A stretch of DNA of 59,175 nucleotides, filler included, from Piptocephalis cylindrospora (GCA_003614145.1; 6 parts of 6 records of this genome joined end to end with filler, not necessarily neighbours in it), one strand, 5' to 3'; counted from the first letter of the whole stretch, positions 25,210-35,039 are shown. A program made the numbers and translations. The notes: generated by a model from the letters alone, not told the origin.

Positions 25210-25692
25210 TTAGACAAGGGTGTCGTAGGCGATGGGGGTGATGGTGGTGGGGGTGTTGTTCTTGGAGGAGACAGCGTGGCCGGGACGGGGCTGGGCGGGA
25301 AGACGCTTGAGGTTGTAGAAGGTACCGTTGACCTTGGCCTCCTTGCGCTTCAGGGCGTTCTCCTTGACACGGTTGAGGAAATCATCACGGCACTTGGAGT
25401 GCTTGACGTGCTCGATGCGGAGGTTGACGCGCTTCTCCATGAACCGGTTGCCGACACGCTTGTTGATGATGACACCAACGGAGGACTTGGTGACGTTGTA
25501 GACGATACCGGTACGGCCGTGGTAGAACTTGTGGGGCATACCCTTGTGGACGGCGGCGTTGGCCTTGATGTCCACGATGTCACCGATCTTGAAGATCCTC
25601 AAGTAGGTGGACAGAGGGATGGCACCCTTCTCGCGGAAGTTCCGGGAGAACATGTGGCGCGTGCGCGCGCGGTAACCGAACGAGTGAGGCAT
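25210..25692 (-). CDS. RPL21: 60S ribosomal protein L21 (eL21)
   Basis: MPHSFGYRARTRHMFSR, KGMPHKFYHGRTG, KRVNLRIEHVKHSKCR. Confidence 0.97.
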   Translation of the reverse strand: MPHSFGYRARTRHMFSRNFREKGAIPLSTYLRIFKIGDIVDIKANAAVHKGMPHKFYHGRTGIVYNVTKSSVGVIINKRVGNRFMEKRVNLRIEHVKHSKCRDDFLNRVKENALKRKEAKVNGTFYNLKRLPAQPRPGHAVSSKNNTPTTITPIAYDTLV

Positions 25693-26026
25693 CTTGAGTT
25701 ATTCTGAGGGGGGAGGGAGAGGGATGAAGGGGGAGGAGGGATGGGGAAATGAGTATTGGAGGAGGGGGAAAGGAAGGAGATGGACATGGTATTGGTGTTA
25801 GCTCCAGTGTCCATTTTATGGGGTAGCAGTGTGAACACATGAGGGTGGGGCCATCCCTGTCGCTGTGAAAAAAAAAGAGTGGCTTTTCCATCGCTGCACA
25901 TCTCCCATCTTCTCCACCTAGAGGAGATGGACCAAAAGTACCTGGAGACCCTAGAAGGATAGAACAGACAGAGGATAAAGGGGCAGGGAAGAGATCTTAC
26001 CTGAACCTTGACGAACACCGCGGGGG

Positions 26027-26879
26027 CTAGTGGAAGGGAGAGGAGGAAGAGAAGGAGAAAAAGGAAAGAGGAGAGAGGCGGAGGGAGGGTGGCAGTAGGG
26101 TTTGATAGGTGAGTGGGGAGGGGGACACAGTGAGCGAATGTGTGTGTGTATAGCAGAGGCGAGGTAGGGGAGGGGGGATGGGGGCGCGCGTTAAGTATGC
26201 TGAATGAACCAGGGCATACTGTACAGTATGTAAGGGAAGGCAGTGTGTCTCTGCTTCTCTCTCTTCAAGGCGGGGGGATGTGTATGTGTGTAGGGGGGAA
26301 GAGGAAAAAAAAAGAGGTCCAGTCCATCCCTCCCCAGCCACTCATACGCCAGGATGTGATCAAGTGGTCAATTTGGAGTGAAATAAGCCTGTTTTCGATC
26401 TTTTTGGTGCAGTGTATGCGTGTGTGAAGAGGGTGAGATTGGTCAGGTGTACACACCTCCTCATACAAATCGGTGAATTTCATTCAAAATAGCGTGAAAT
26501 CGCTCACTTTTCCCATCACTGCGCCGTTTTTTTTTCTTCACTCCTCCCTTATCATTGGGCACTTTACCAGACTTTGTACTGTGACAAGAGAGAAAAAAAA
26601 GGGGTGATTTTCTCTCCTTACAGGCAAGCCACGCCCTACCACCACCACACAATGGCCATACACACACACACTGGCACACAGCGCGCACAGCACACCCATC
26701 TCCGCGTCCTCCTCCCCCGCCTCTCCAAGCCACCACGACAAGTGAAAAGCCTCGTTCCAAGACCCAGCCTCCCTCGCTCCAGGCCCCTCTCTCCTTCTCT
26801 TCTCCTTCCTCCCCAAGACGACCCCTCGTTCGTACAAGGCCCGTAGGATCCCCCCTTTCCCTTCCCGTCAAGTGCCACC
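26027..26879. promoter_or_regulatory. Putative bidirectional promoter region between divergent RPL21 and RPS9
   Basis: Head-to-head gene layout. Contains the perfect 16-bp palindrome CATACTGTACAGTATG at 26215-26230. Confidence 0.5.
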
Positions 26880-28014
26880 ATGCCTCCCCGGAACTGTAAT
26901 CCTTGATCAAAGAGCATTTTCCCTTCTGTGTGGGGTGTAGAGTCGGTCTATCTGTACATATTGCCTTGCTCTTTTACCAGGATGAGACCTGCAGCAGTCT
27001 CTCTGGACACGAACGAACTCTCTCCCCTGACCGGTCCCCTCCTGGGCCCTCCAGTCGTCCCCTCCCCATCCACCGTCCCCTGGTTCTCCTACCTCTCGGC
27101 ACCCGAGTCGTGGAGGAAGGGGGTGGGGGAGAGGAGGAGGAGGACTGGAGGTGCCCTGTGAGCTTGGTTGACCCCTGGCGCGCAGCTATGCCGCCCCGGA
27201 AGGCTGTCTGGACGAGTACTGATCATGAGTGCCAAGTCCCTTTCCATATCCCGTGTGTTGCGCTTGAGTTTGACAAGACGATGGGATCGGGAATAGGGTG
27301 AGGAATGCTGCTCGTCACATTCCCCCCCTCCTCCCCCCTCTTCTCCTCACTCTCATGGCCACGGCGGGTGGTTACACTTGGCGCCAGTACGTCCTATTTA
27401 AGACGCCTTACCACCTCTTTCTCCTCTCTCCCTCCCCTTCCCCACTATAGACTCCAAGACCAACAAGGTGCCCCGTCGTCCCTTCGAGTCCGAGCGCATC
27501 GATCAGGAGCTCAAGCTCATCGGTGAGTTCGGTCTCCGTAACAAGCGCGAGATCTGGCGTGTGGCCTACACCCTCTCCAACATCCGTCGTGCCGCCCGTG
27601 ACCTCCTTACCCTTGAGACCAAGGACCCCCCGTCGTCTCTTCGAGGGTAACGCTCTGATCCGTCGTCTCATCCGCATCGGTGTCCTCGACGAGACCAAGG
27701 CCAAGCTCGATTACGTCCTCGGCCTCAAGATCGAGGATTTCCTCGAGCGTCGTCTCCAGACCCAGGTCTTCAAGCTCGGCCTTGCCAAGTCCGTCCATCA
27801 CGCCCGTGTCCTCATCCGCCAGAAGCACATCCGTGTCGGCAAGCAGGTCGTCAACGTGCCCTCCTTCATCGTCCGTCTCGAGTCCCAGAAGCACATCGAC
27901 TTTGCCCTCACCTCTCCCTACGGTGGTGGCCGTCCCGGTCGCGTCAAGCGTCGCCGTCAGCGCAACGCTGCCAGCTCCGCCAACGCTGGCGAGGAGGAGG
28001 AGGATGACGAGTAA
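26880..28014 (+). CDS. RPS9: 40S ribosomal protein S9 (uS4); exon 1 26880-26895, 555-nt intron 26896-27450; apparent +1 C in the run at 27626-27631
   Basis: [42 protein letters not shown]. Removing one C restores [16 protein letters not shown]...[16 protein letters not shown]. Confidence 0.95.
27198..27412 (+). promoter_or_regulatory. Multi-helix RNA structure in the RPS9 intron overlapping the putative branch point
   Basis: Long interrupted stem 27200-27237 / 27376-27409 enclosing three hairpins. Confidence 0.65.
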
Positions 28015-28545
28015 GATTACTCCTTCCTTTTGCTCCAGGGAGGTGGTGCTATGTGGTTCATGACCTGTCATGCTCCCTCATTGCTTGCTCCCCCCCTCCT
28101 GTTCACCTCTGTGGTTCAAGATCATCCCCAATGGATCTCTTTGAATACACATCAAGGCACTTTATGGACCCATCTTTTCTAATTCATTTTCTCTGCTGGG
28201 TTGTGAGACGTGTTTTTTGTATATCAGAGGGGAAGGCGTGGCGGCGGTATGTTACCTTCTGTATGTGTGTGTCATTGGTAGATGCTGCAATGGGGATGTT
28301 CACACCATGATCAAACCTTCCTGCTTAATCTAGATCAGACGAGTGAGTCCATGTCGATGGAGTGTATGTCTCATTGTCGTGGTATACAATGGGATTGGGA
28401 GATGAGTCATGATGGCTATATTATTATTGGGATGACCCTTCCTTCCTATGAGTCATTCATCGGGAATGTGGTAAACAACAACAGTGTCCAAGTGCGCTCC
28501 ATCCTCTTTCTTCCCCCTTCCTCCCTCCTTTCTCCTGCTCAAGAC

Positions 28546-29620
28546 ATGCATGCCACTTTTGGATCGGAGCAGCTGAAAGGTCTGTAGAGATCTTTTAGGG
28601 CTTGATACATCAATCCCTCCTTCCCTCATCGTCCATCTTTTTACTAGTTCTCGTCAAGGTGCTGGGTGGACTAGCCAGGTTTGGAGAGGAGGTAATCCTC
28701 GAGTCTGTGGAAGACAGGGTAAGGGAAGGCTGGATCTTTTGTGACTATGCTTGCCCTGTTGACGATACTGATTCCTCTCTAGGTCAATCTCTCTACGTTT
28801 AATAGCTCCAAGTCAGCCTTTGTGATTGTGACCCTTCCCAAAGCATTTTTCTCCTCATATCACTTTGGTCCGCGCAGATCCGGATTATCCTCCTGCCGAT
28901 TCCCCATCAAGGTAAATGCGAGAGGCAATGGGGGATTGGATCCAGGGACTGACCACCTTCTCATCTTTCCCCTTCTAGTCCCTCCTGACCGTGTTCAAGA
29001 CCAAAGCGCCCATTATCCCATCCTCCACCATAAAGGAGCAGGAGGTGGAGGGAGTAGAATGGAAGATTAGGGAGGGAGAGGATGAAGGAAGGGATGCTCC
29101 CACTTCCAGGCTGATCATTCTGTTGACCTATGCGCATGGTGAGACTGAGATGATGGGCAGGATGGGAAGAGAGATCATAGGCCTACGTCTCATTCCATCT
29201 CCTGTCTTGACCCATCCAAGGGATGAGCAAGGTCAGGGAGCTGTATTTTTCCGAAGCAGAAGCCATTCAGGGTGTATTTGATCCTACTCTGGCCCAGATC
29301 AAGGTCAAGTCAGTCCCTAGAGTATGGCATGATGCCATGTACCATCTGCATCCAAAGCTCGAGGAACTGACCCTGCGGATCCTTCCCGATGCTCTACATC
29401 TCTATTCCTCAGCCTCCTTTCTGGATCATGGTAAGGGATGAAATAGGGGGGGGATTTATGAACGCTCTCACCTTTATTGTCCCTGTAGGTCAGGATGTGT
29501 CCATGCTTCAAACCCACCTTCAGCTTCCTGTGGTGGATCTGGAAGAATTGGAGGTTCAGGGCCCCGAGGTCAGCTTTACGCTGGTGTTCCGGGATCTCCG
29601 ACCCTCCTTGCTCCTCGCGG
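28546..29620 (+). CDS. RAD9: 9-1-1 checkpoint clamp subunit Rad9 (Ddc1-like), multi-exon, 3'-truncated by the contig end
   Basis: Spliced N-terminus MHATFGSEQLKVLVKVLGGLARFGEEVILESVEDRVNLSTFNSSKSAFVIVTLPKAFFSSY resembles the Rad9 N-terminus. Later CRFPIKSLLTVFK and RLIILLTYAHGMSKVREL. Confidence 0.85.
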
Positions 29621-29720
29621 NNNNNNNNNNNNNNNNNNNNNNNNNNNNNNNNNNNNNNNNNNNNTTAATTAATTAANNNNNNNNNNNNNNNNNNNNNNNN
29701 NNNNNNNNNNNNNNNNNNNN
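29621..29720. other. Artificial contig-joining spacer
   Basis: N44-TTAATTAATTAA-N44. Confidence 0.97.
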
Positions 29721-29870
29721 CTTGAACAAGGATCGGGCTGAAGTTCTCATGTAGAATAAGGATAATGTTGCATGGGGCTCAAGGGTGTCCTTGCCCTTTG
29801 TAGTGCATGGTTAAGGGAGGGACGGGGTCATGATAAGCACTCCTTTGTGCATAGTAGGCGCTACCCAACA
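29721..29870 (-). mobile_element. Probable LTR-retrotransposon terminus (begins TGTTGGG on the minus strand), cut by the contig end
   Basis: 29821-29870 is the exact reverse complement of 49313-49362 on another contig. It starts with the canonical TG(TTG) LTR end. Confidence 0.6.
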
Positions 29871-30475
29871 CTACTGTGCCGACGCAATTTGTTTTACAAA
29901 TGTCTAATTTCTGGAATGGTTTATTTTTTCATTTAAAAGTACTTCAGCTATCCCTGATCGTGTGGTTCTCGCGCTTCCAGTGTACTATATTTCATCAAGA
30001 ATGACTTTCTGCAAGAAGAATAACGAAGAAAAGAATCCATGAGGGCAGAAATACCAGCACACTTTTTGTGAGGCAATGTATGGTAGACAGTGACCCAGTC
30101 GAGCATACTTTCCACTGAGTCCCTCAATAGGGAAAGGGGAATGGCGTGTACCCACACACTATAACAATCCGTGAATCGGAGAAAGAATTTGAAACGGAGA
30201 TTAAAAATATCTTCCAATCCCTCTCCTCAGCCATCTCTTTTTCTTCACGTCTCCTGACATCTCAGGGACTCTATCTCCGCCCCTCTTCCTTCCTGAGTAT
30301 GAGAACAGCATCTTTTACCGGCCATCCCTCCTCCAACTCTATCATTCAGTAACGCAGATCCCTAAGCCCATCACCCCTCCTAGTTCCTCATCGCATCAAA
30401 CTTAAATAGAGCCCAGATTGAGCCCTTTCCTCCCATTGCATTCTACTTACACTCCGAAAATCCTAGCTTCTGAAC

Positions 30476-30910
30476 ATGACCGACTATTCACAGATTCTTT
30501 TTGACAAAGCTGTCGCCAAATTACATCCATCAAATCAAACTCTTTTCAATCTAACTTTCAACCAAGCCTTGTCTTGTCCGGCCAATGCTATCAATGGAAT
30601 TGTCCTGCAGCAGGCCTGTAGTTCTACTTCCAACAAGGATACGAATTTCTGTAGTTCCGATACTTTAACTCTCTCCTTTTCCAATTCTGCTTCCGATCCA
30701 TGTGCGTTCTTGGAAACTTGCCCCTTTGCTACTCCTCAGAATGCTGCTTCGTGTGTCACTTTTTGCAAACACAACACAACTACTCGTAACGCTGCCTGGC
30801 TTTGCGCTCAGAATGATACCGGCCATCTCTCCGCTCCATCCTATTTTCTTGGTCTTTTTATGCTGGCCACCATCTCCATCAATTTCTCTTCTTTTCTCAT
30901 TTCTTCATGA
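30476..30910 (+). CDS. Small Cys-rich protein with a C-terminal hydrophobic tail (GPI-signal or TM-like)
   Basis: 144-aa ATG ORF with eight Cys, many N-x-S/T sites and a hydrophobic C-terminus. No clear N-terminal signal peptide. Confidence 0.55.
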   Translation: MTDYSQILFDKAVAKLHPSNQTLFNLTFNQALSCPANAINGIVLQQACSSTSNKDTNFCSSDTLTLSFSNSASDPCAFLETCPFATPQNAASCVTFCKHNTTTRNAAWLCAQNDTGHLSAPSYFLGLFMLATISINFSSFLISS

Positions 30911-31083
30911 TCTTTCTCTGAAAGTTTCGTCCTCTACTTACACTCCAACCTACCCAATCCTACTCAGTCCTATCCAATCCTATCCTTCTTCTACCTTCCT
31001 GTCCTCTTCAGAGCTTTGGTCTCTTTACCCTTCTACTTTTCTCGTCAAGCGACACTCCATTTTCCCACCACCACTTCTTCGCC

Positions 31084-31353
31084 ATGAAGCTCACATCTAT
31101 CCTACTCGCTTCCGCCATGCTGGTCATGGTCCTTATTGTTGCTGCTTCTCCCGCTCCGAAGAACGATGGAGCTACGGATGAGATTGCAGGTATGATGAAC
31201 AATAATTCGGGAGACGATGATCCACCAAAAGAGCTAGTGGGAAGGGCCCTTTGTTCCAAATATGGTAACTGCGACCCTAAAGCTACATGCTATAAGTATT
31301 ACTGTGTCGATAGTGAGGAACTTGGAATCTGGGAGAATTGGGTTAAAGAGTGA
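31084..31353 (+). CDS. Small secreted Cys-rich prepropeptide
   Basis: Signal MKLTSILLASAMLVMVLIVAASPA, acidic pro-region ending ELVGR, then C-x5-C-x5-C-x4-C. Confidence 0.75.
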   Translation: MKLTSILLASAMLVMVLIVAASPAPKNDGATDEIAGMMNNNSGDDDPPKELVGRALCSKYGNCDPKATCYKYYCVDSEELGIWENWVKE

Positions 31354-32479
31354 GCACAGCTGCCTCGTCTCTAGAAGCGGTTTTCTCTCCCTTTTCGTTA
31401 TTCAGATGATCACGAGGTATTCAGGAATACATTACCTCACAAAAGTGTACCAGTATTTCTACCCTCATGGGCCCTTTTCTTCATTATTCTTCTTGCAGAA
31501 AGTCATTCTTGATGAAATATAGTACACTGGAAGCGCGAGAACCACACGATCAGGGATAGCTGAAGTACTTTTAAATGAAAAAATAAACCATTCCAGAAAT
31601 TAGACATTTGTAAAACAAATTGCGTCGGCACAGTAGTGAGACAGGCATTTTGGTGTATTTATCGAGATATTCTACGGATCATGTCAAGTTCATCCGAGAC
31701 GACGCTCAGACCTGATTTAAAGTACAAATTACGAATGCTGCTTCGGATGCTGATGAAGGCCAAAAGGAGGACGGCCATTGAAAGGGGAACGATAGAGAAA
31801 TGGGAGGAGAAATGGGGAAGGTTACAGGAGAAGATAGGAGGGATTGGATGTAGTAGTAAACAGCGAAATGTGGAGGGATTGGACGATCCATGGAAGCAAC
31901 GATATCGTGAGGAAAGGCTCTGAACCTTTTTTGACAACGAATCTGTGAAGACTTTTAGGAAAAAGGGAAGATTGTAATTTTCCCAATATATTTCGCTGTT
32001 TACCACTACTACTACTGCGTTTCTAGTGTATCTTATTTCATCCAGAATGATTTTCTGCAAGAAGGATAATGAAGAAAAGGGTCCATGAGGGTAGAAATAC
32101 TGGCACACCTTTGTGAGGCAGTGTGACAATTAGGTCTGTGCGGGTTGTGTTAGACAGGTGGGGGATAGGGACAGAGTGATAACCAGACTGACTGGCTGAT
32201 GGCCTCATTTAGTACGACTTCCCTTCCCTACCCACCGAGAATTTTCCTCATCTCCCCCTGAGAATCAGGATCCAAGTGACCGAAAAAGGGACTTTAGTGC
32301 TGACATCCTTGATTGATGTATAAGATCCAAGGAGCTTAGTGTAATATCATCGAAAAATCGCATACGAAATTGATCTTTCTTCCTTTACACCCACCATTCC
32401 TTTCCATATACGCTACAAGGATATATAGGCATTATTCATAGTAGTATCTATCGTATCTGGCCCTTGTCCATCCGTTAAA

Positions 32480-33807
32480 GTTCATCGATCTTACCTTGAA
32501 GGTGGCCCTTTCCAAACGTTCCCCCCCCGCCCCCACACAACCATTCTGGAGCCACTAGATCATATAGGCGGTAGGGTTGCGCTAGTCGCTAGCCTACTAC
32601 AACTATCTTTTGCCATTGGTCATTTCATCTGTTTGCGGCAAAGGCCATCAACGTCCATCCTGATTCTTCTCTGGACCTCTTCCCGTAAGCTTCTTTATTG
32701 AAATGCGATCTAGTTCATTCATGCATTCTAAAAAAACCTCACCTCCTCGGTCTCCCTACAGTTCTCTTCCCTGTGTATTTCGCCTCAGTTTTTGCTGTGA
32801 CGGAACCATATTGGCCGGCTTTGTATGGTCTCATCCATCTCATCAATTCGGGGTATATTCTTCTTCTACTTAGCCTACTGGCCAGTTGGTATGTGCTATT
32901 TATGGTTCTAGAGCAAGATGTGGCCTATATCGTAACTTTCCCCTCTAAATCCCCAATAGGATTGGATCGATGCGAGGTGCCTTTTATGGAGAAACCTTTA
33001 CGGCAGGACGGTATGCGTCCCATGGACTTGGAATTATCCTACTCTCTCTATCCATGATACGAACAGTATTTGGCCTTCTGGAATACGGGCACAATAGTGG
33101 TCAATCCGAGTACACTTTTTCTGCCGATCTTTTCATCATCGGAGTGTGTATAACTACTTGTACTATTATCATAGGAATTGGCACTGGAAGTCTAGCCTAT
33201 AGCACCTCCCTCATTCCATACCCCAAGAAGAGACATGTAAGATTATTATTATGGGAAGAGAGGGCTATGGGACTGATAGCTCTTTTTTAATCATCTATCG
33301 GATATGTCATAGCAATTGGTTATTTTAACCATTGCATTTGGAATTCTCAGCATCTGTGAGGCCATTGTCACCACGGATACGGGAGTTTTGGGGCTTGCAA
33401 CGTATGTCACCTTTGGGTGTATCCTCTCCTTGCCAGCCTTAACTAAGCCTCAGTGGTTTGAAGGGTTCGACCAAGAGGGGGCTGAGGCACATCTAAGAAA
33501 TATGATGGATCTCGAAAAGGCCTTTCAGGAAAAGAAACCACCGGCATTGATAGATACTATTACTCGAGGTATGCTAGGAAAAAGGTCATACATTGATCGA
33601 GGTAGTCTTCCAGGACATGTAAATTCCGTGAGTCAATGCGATAATTCAAATCGTGGAGAAGGCCGCCTCGAACAGATGATGGTACCCCCAGAGCCAATCT
33701 ATTCTTTGGATCAAAGAACTCAAGCGAGCACCTGGGCTTTACAAATGTTCCCGGCTGAACGTGAACCCATCTCCTCTCTTTCCTCGTCTTCTGCTGTCCA
33801 TCCATAA
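32480..33807 (+). CDS. Putative 7-TM membrane protein, at least 4 exons; start codon not resolved
   Basis: Frame-consistent GT-AG introns near 32685-32761, 32889-32959 and 33237-33312 join seven hydrophobic segments and a hydrophilic C-tail. Confidence 0.65.
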
Positions 33808-34175
33808 TGCTATCCTTTTACTAGCATGTATCAAACGGGGTTTTGTGCGATATCGTAATAGACGCTCGCAGACATGAAAGGTTGATTTTTCATATGGATG
33901 TCCATGGTGGAGACAATGAAAAATTATTGTTGTTACTGGGCTATGCCACTTCTTTGAACGGATGGTCACCCTCGCATGATTGATCGGAGTTATCACGTTT
34001 GGCGGGTTGGTGAGCAGGGTCCCATCGACTCATCTCCGACATGGCTAGGCTAATTTTCTCACCCTCATCTCATCTGGGGCTCCTTCTTCCTTCCCTCTGC
34101 CTCCTTCCTCCTCACCATCTTTTACCATAACATATTGTAAACACCATTTCCAATCGTCCTCTCAGCCTTTTTACC

Positions 34176-35039
34176 ATGGTCTTTCTCACCACCATCCTGC
34201 ACTGTGCCATCTACAGTACATTTTCTTTGGGTTTCTTGGCCAACACAATCTCCCACTTCTCCATGCCATATGTCTCCCTCCTGGCGCTATGCGTGGTACA
34301 GGTGATAATTGATATTGTTATCATGAAGGTTCCGGACTATTCATCAACCTCAGTAATCCTAGCCAATGTTGGAACTCTTCTTCTTTGCCTCACTGTTCAA
34401 TCGCTGCTTACTCGCCTTTTATGTCTCTGGTCCAACTCAATGCTTCCGGCCATCCCCCAACACCCTTATCGGGTCGTATGGGTATCCGAGAGGGTCCTTC
34501 ACGCTCTACGTCTCATATCTGCCATCCTTGGCCTCTCTGCCCTCATCTGTCTTGGGATACGCCCACCGGCATCTCACCCTAGTCTGGCCCAGACGGGCGT
34601 TCGTCTCCTTGTTGCCGCTATATGGCTTCTTGCTCTTGATACGCTTATTCTTTTGGCCATTTCACTTTACCAAACCTTTTATACACTACCCAAAGCCCCA
34701 GAGGGCATGGATACCCGGAGGAAGCGAAATCAGGCCATTCGACTTTCCGTCCTGGCCATTCTTCTCGTCATCTTCTATGTCTTTGCTGGCATTGGTCTCT
34801 TTGTTTCCTCCTATGTGGTCTTCATTGGGGGCTGCTCCTTGTATCTCATGATGGCTATCTGCCTGTGGCCCGGGGCCCTTTCCAATTACGACCGCCTTCC
34901 TGGGTCTCATGTCGTTGACATTGATCCAGATGGTGAAGTCATCATTCATCGGGTGGATCAGGGCATGCTGATGACTGATGAGGATGCTAAGAAAGATGGA
35001 GATGTGGAGGAGAAGGATCAGACTTTGGTAGCAGTCTAA
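34176..35039 (+). CDS. Putative 7-TM membrane protein, intronless
   Basis: 287-aa ORF with seven hydrophobic stretches and an acidic C-tail. Confidence 0.75.
   Translation: MVFLTTILHCAIYSTFSLGFLANTISHFSMPYVSLLALCVVQVIIDIVIMKVPDYSSTSVILANVGTLLLCLTVQSLLTRLLCLWSNSMLPAIPQHPYRVVWVSERVLHALRLISAILGLSALICLGIRPPASHPSLAQTGVRLLVAAIWLLALDTLILLAISLYQTFYTLPKAPEGMDTRRKRNQAIRLSVLAILLVIFYVFAGIGLFVSSYVVFIGGCSLYLMMAICLWPGALSNYDRLPGSHVVDIDPDGEVIIHRVDQGMLMTDEDAKKDGDVEEKDQTLVAV

Larger units (their letters stand above)
29869..31638. repeat. ~1.77-kb segment bounded by ~210-bp inverted repeats (29869-30081 / about 31427-31638); termini CACTAC...GTAGTG
   Basis: The outer 155 bp are identical in reverse complement and the inner ~58 bp are diverged. 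A third, diverged partial copy lies at about 32017-32124. Confidence 0.85.

Noticed and set aside
26880..28014. RPS9 as a pseudogene
   Set aside because: The single lesion is in a homopolymer, the rest is intact with strong codon bias, and the same lesion type recurs in other genes.
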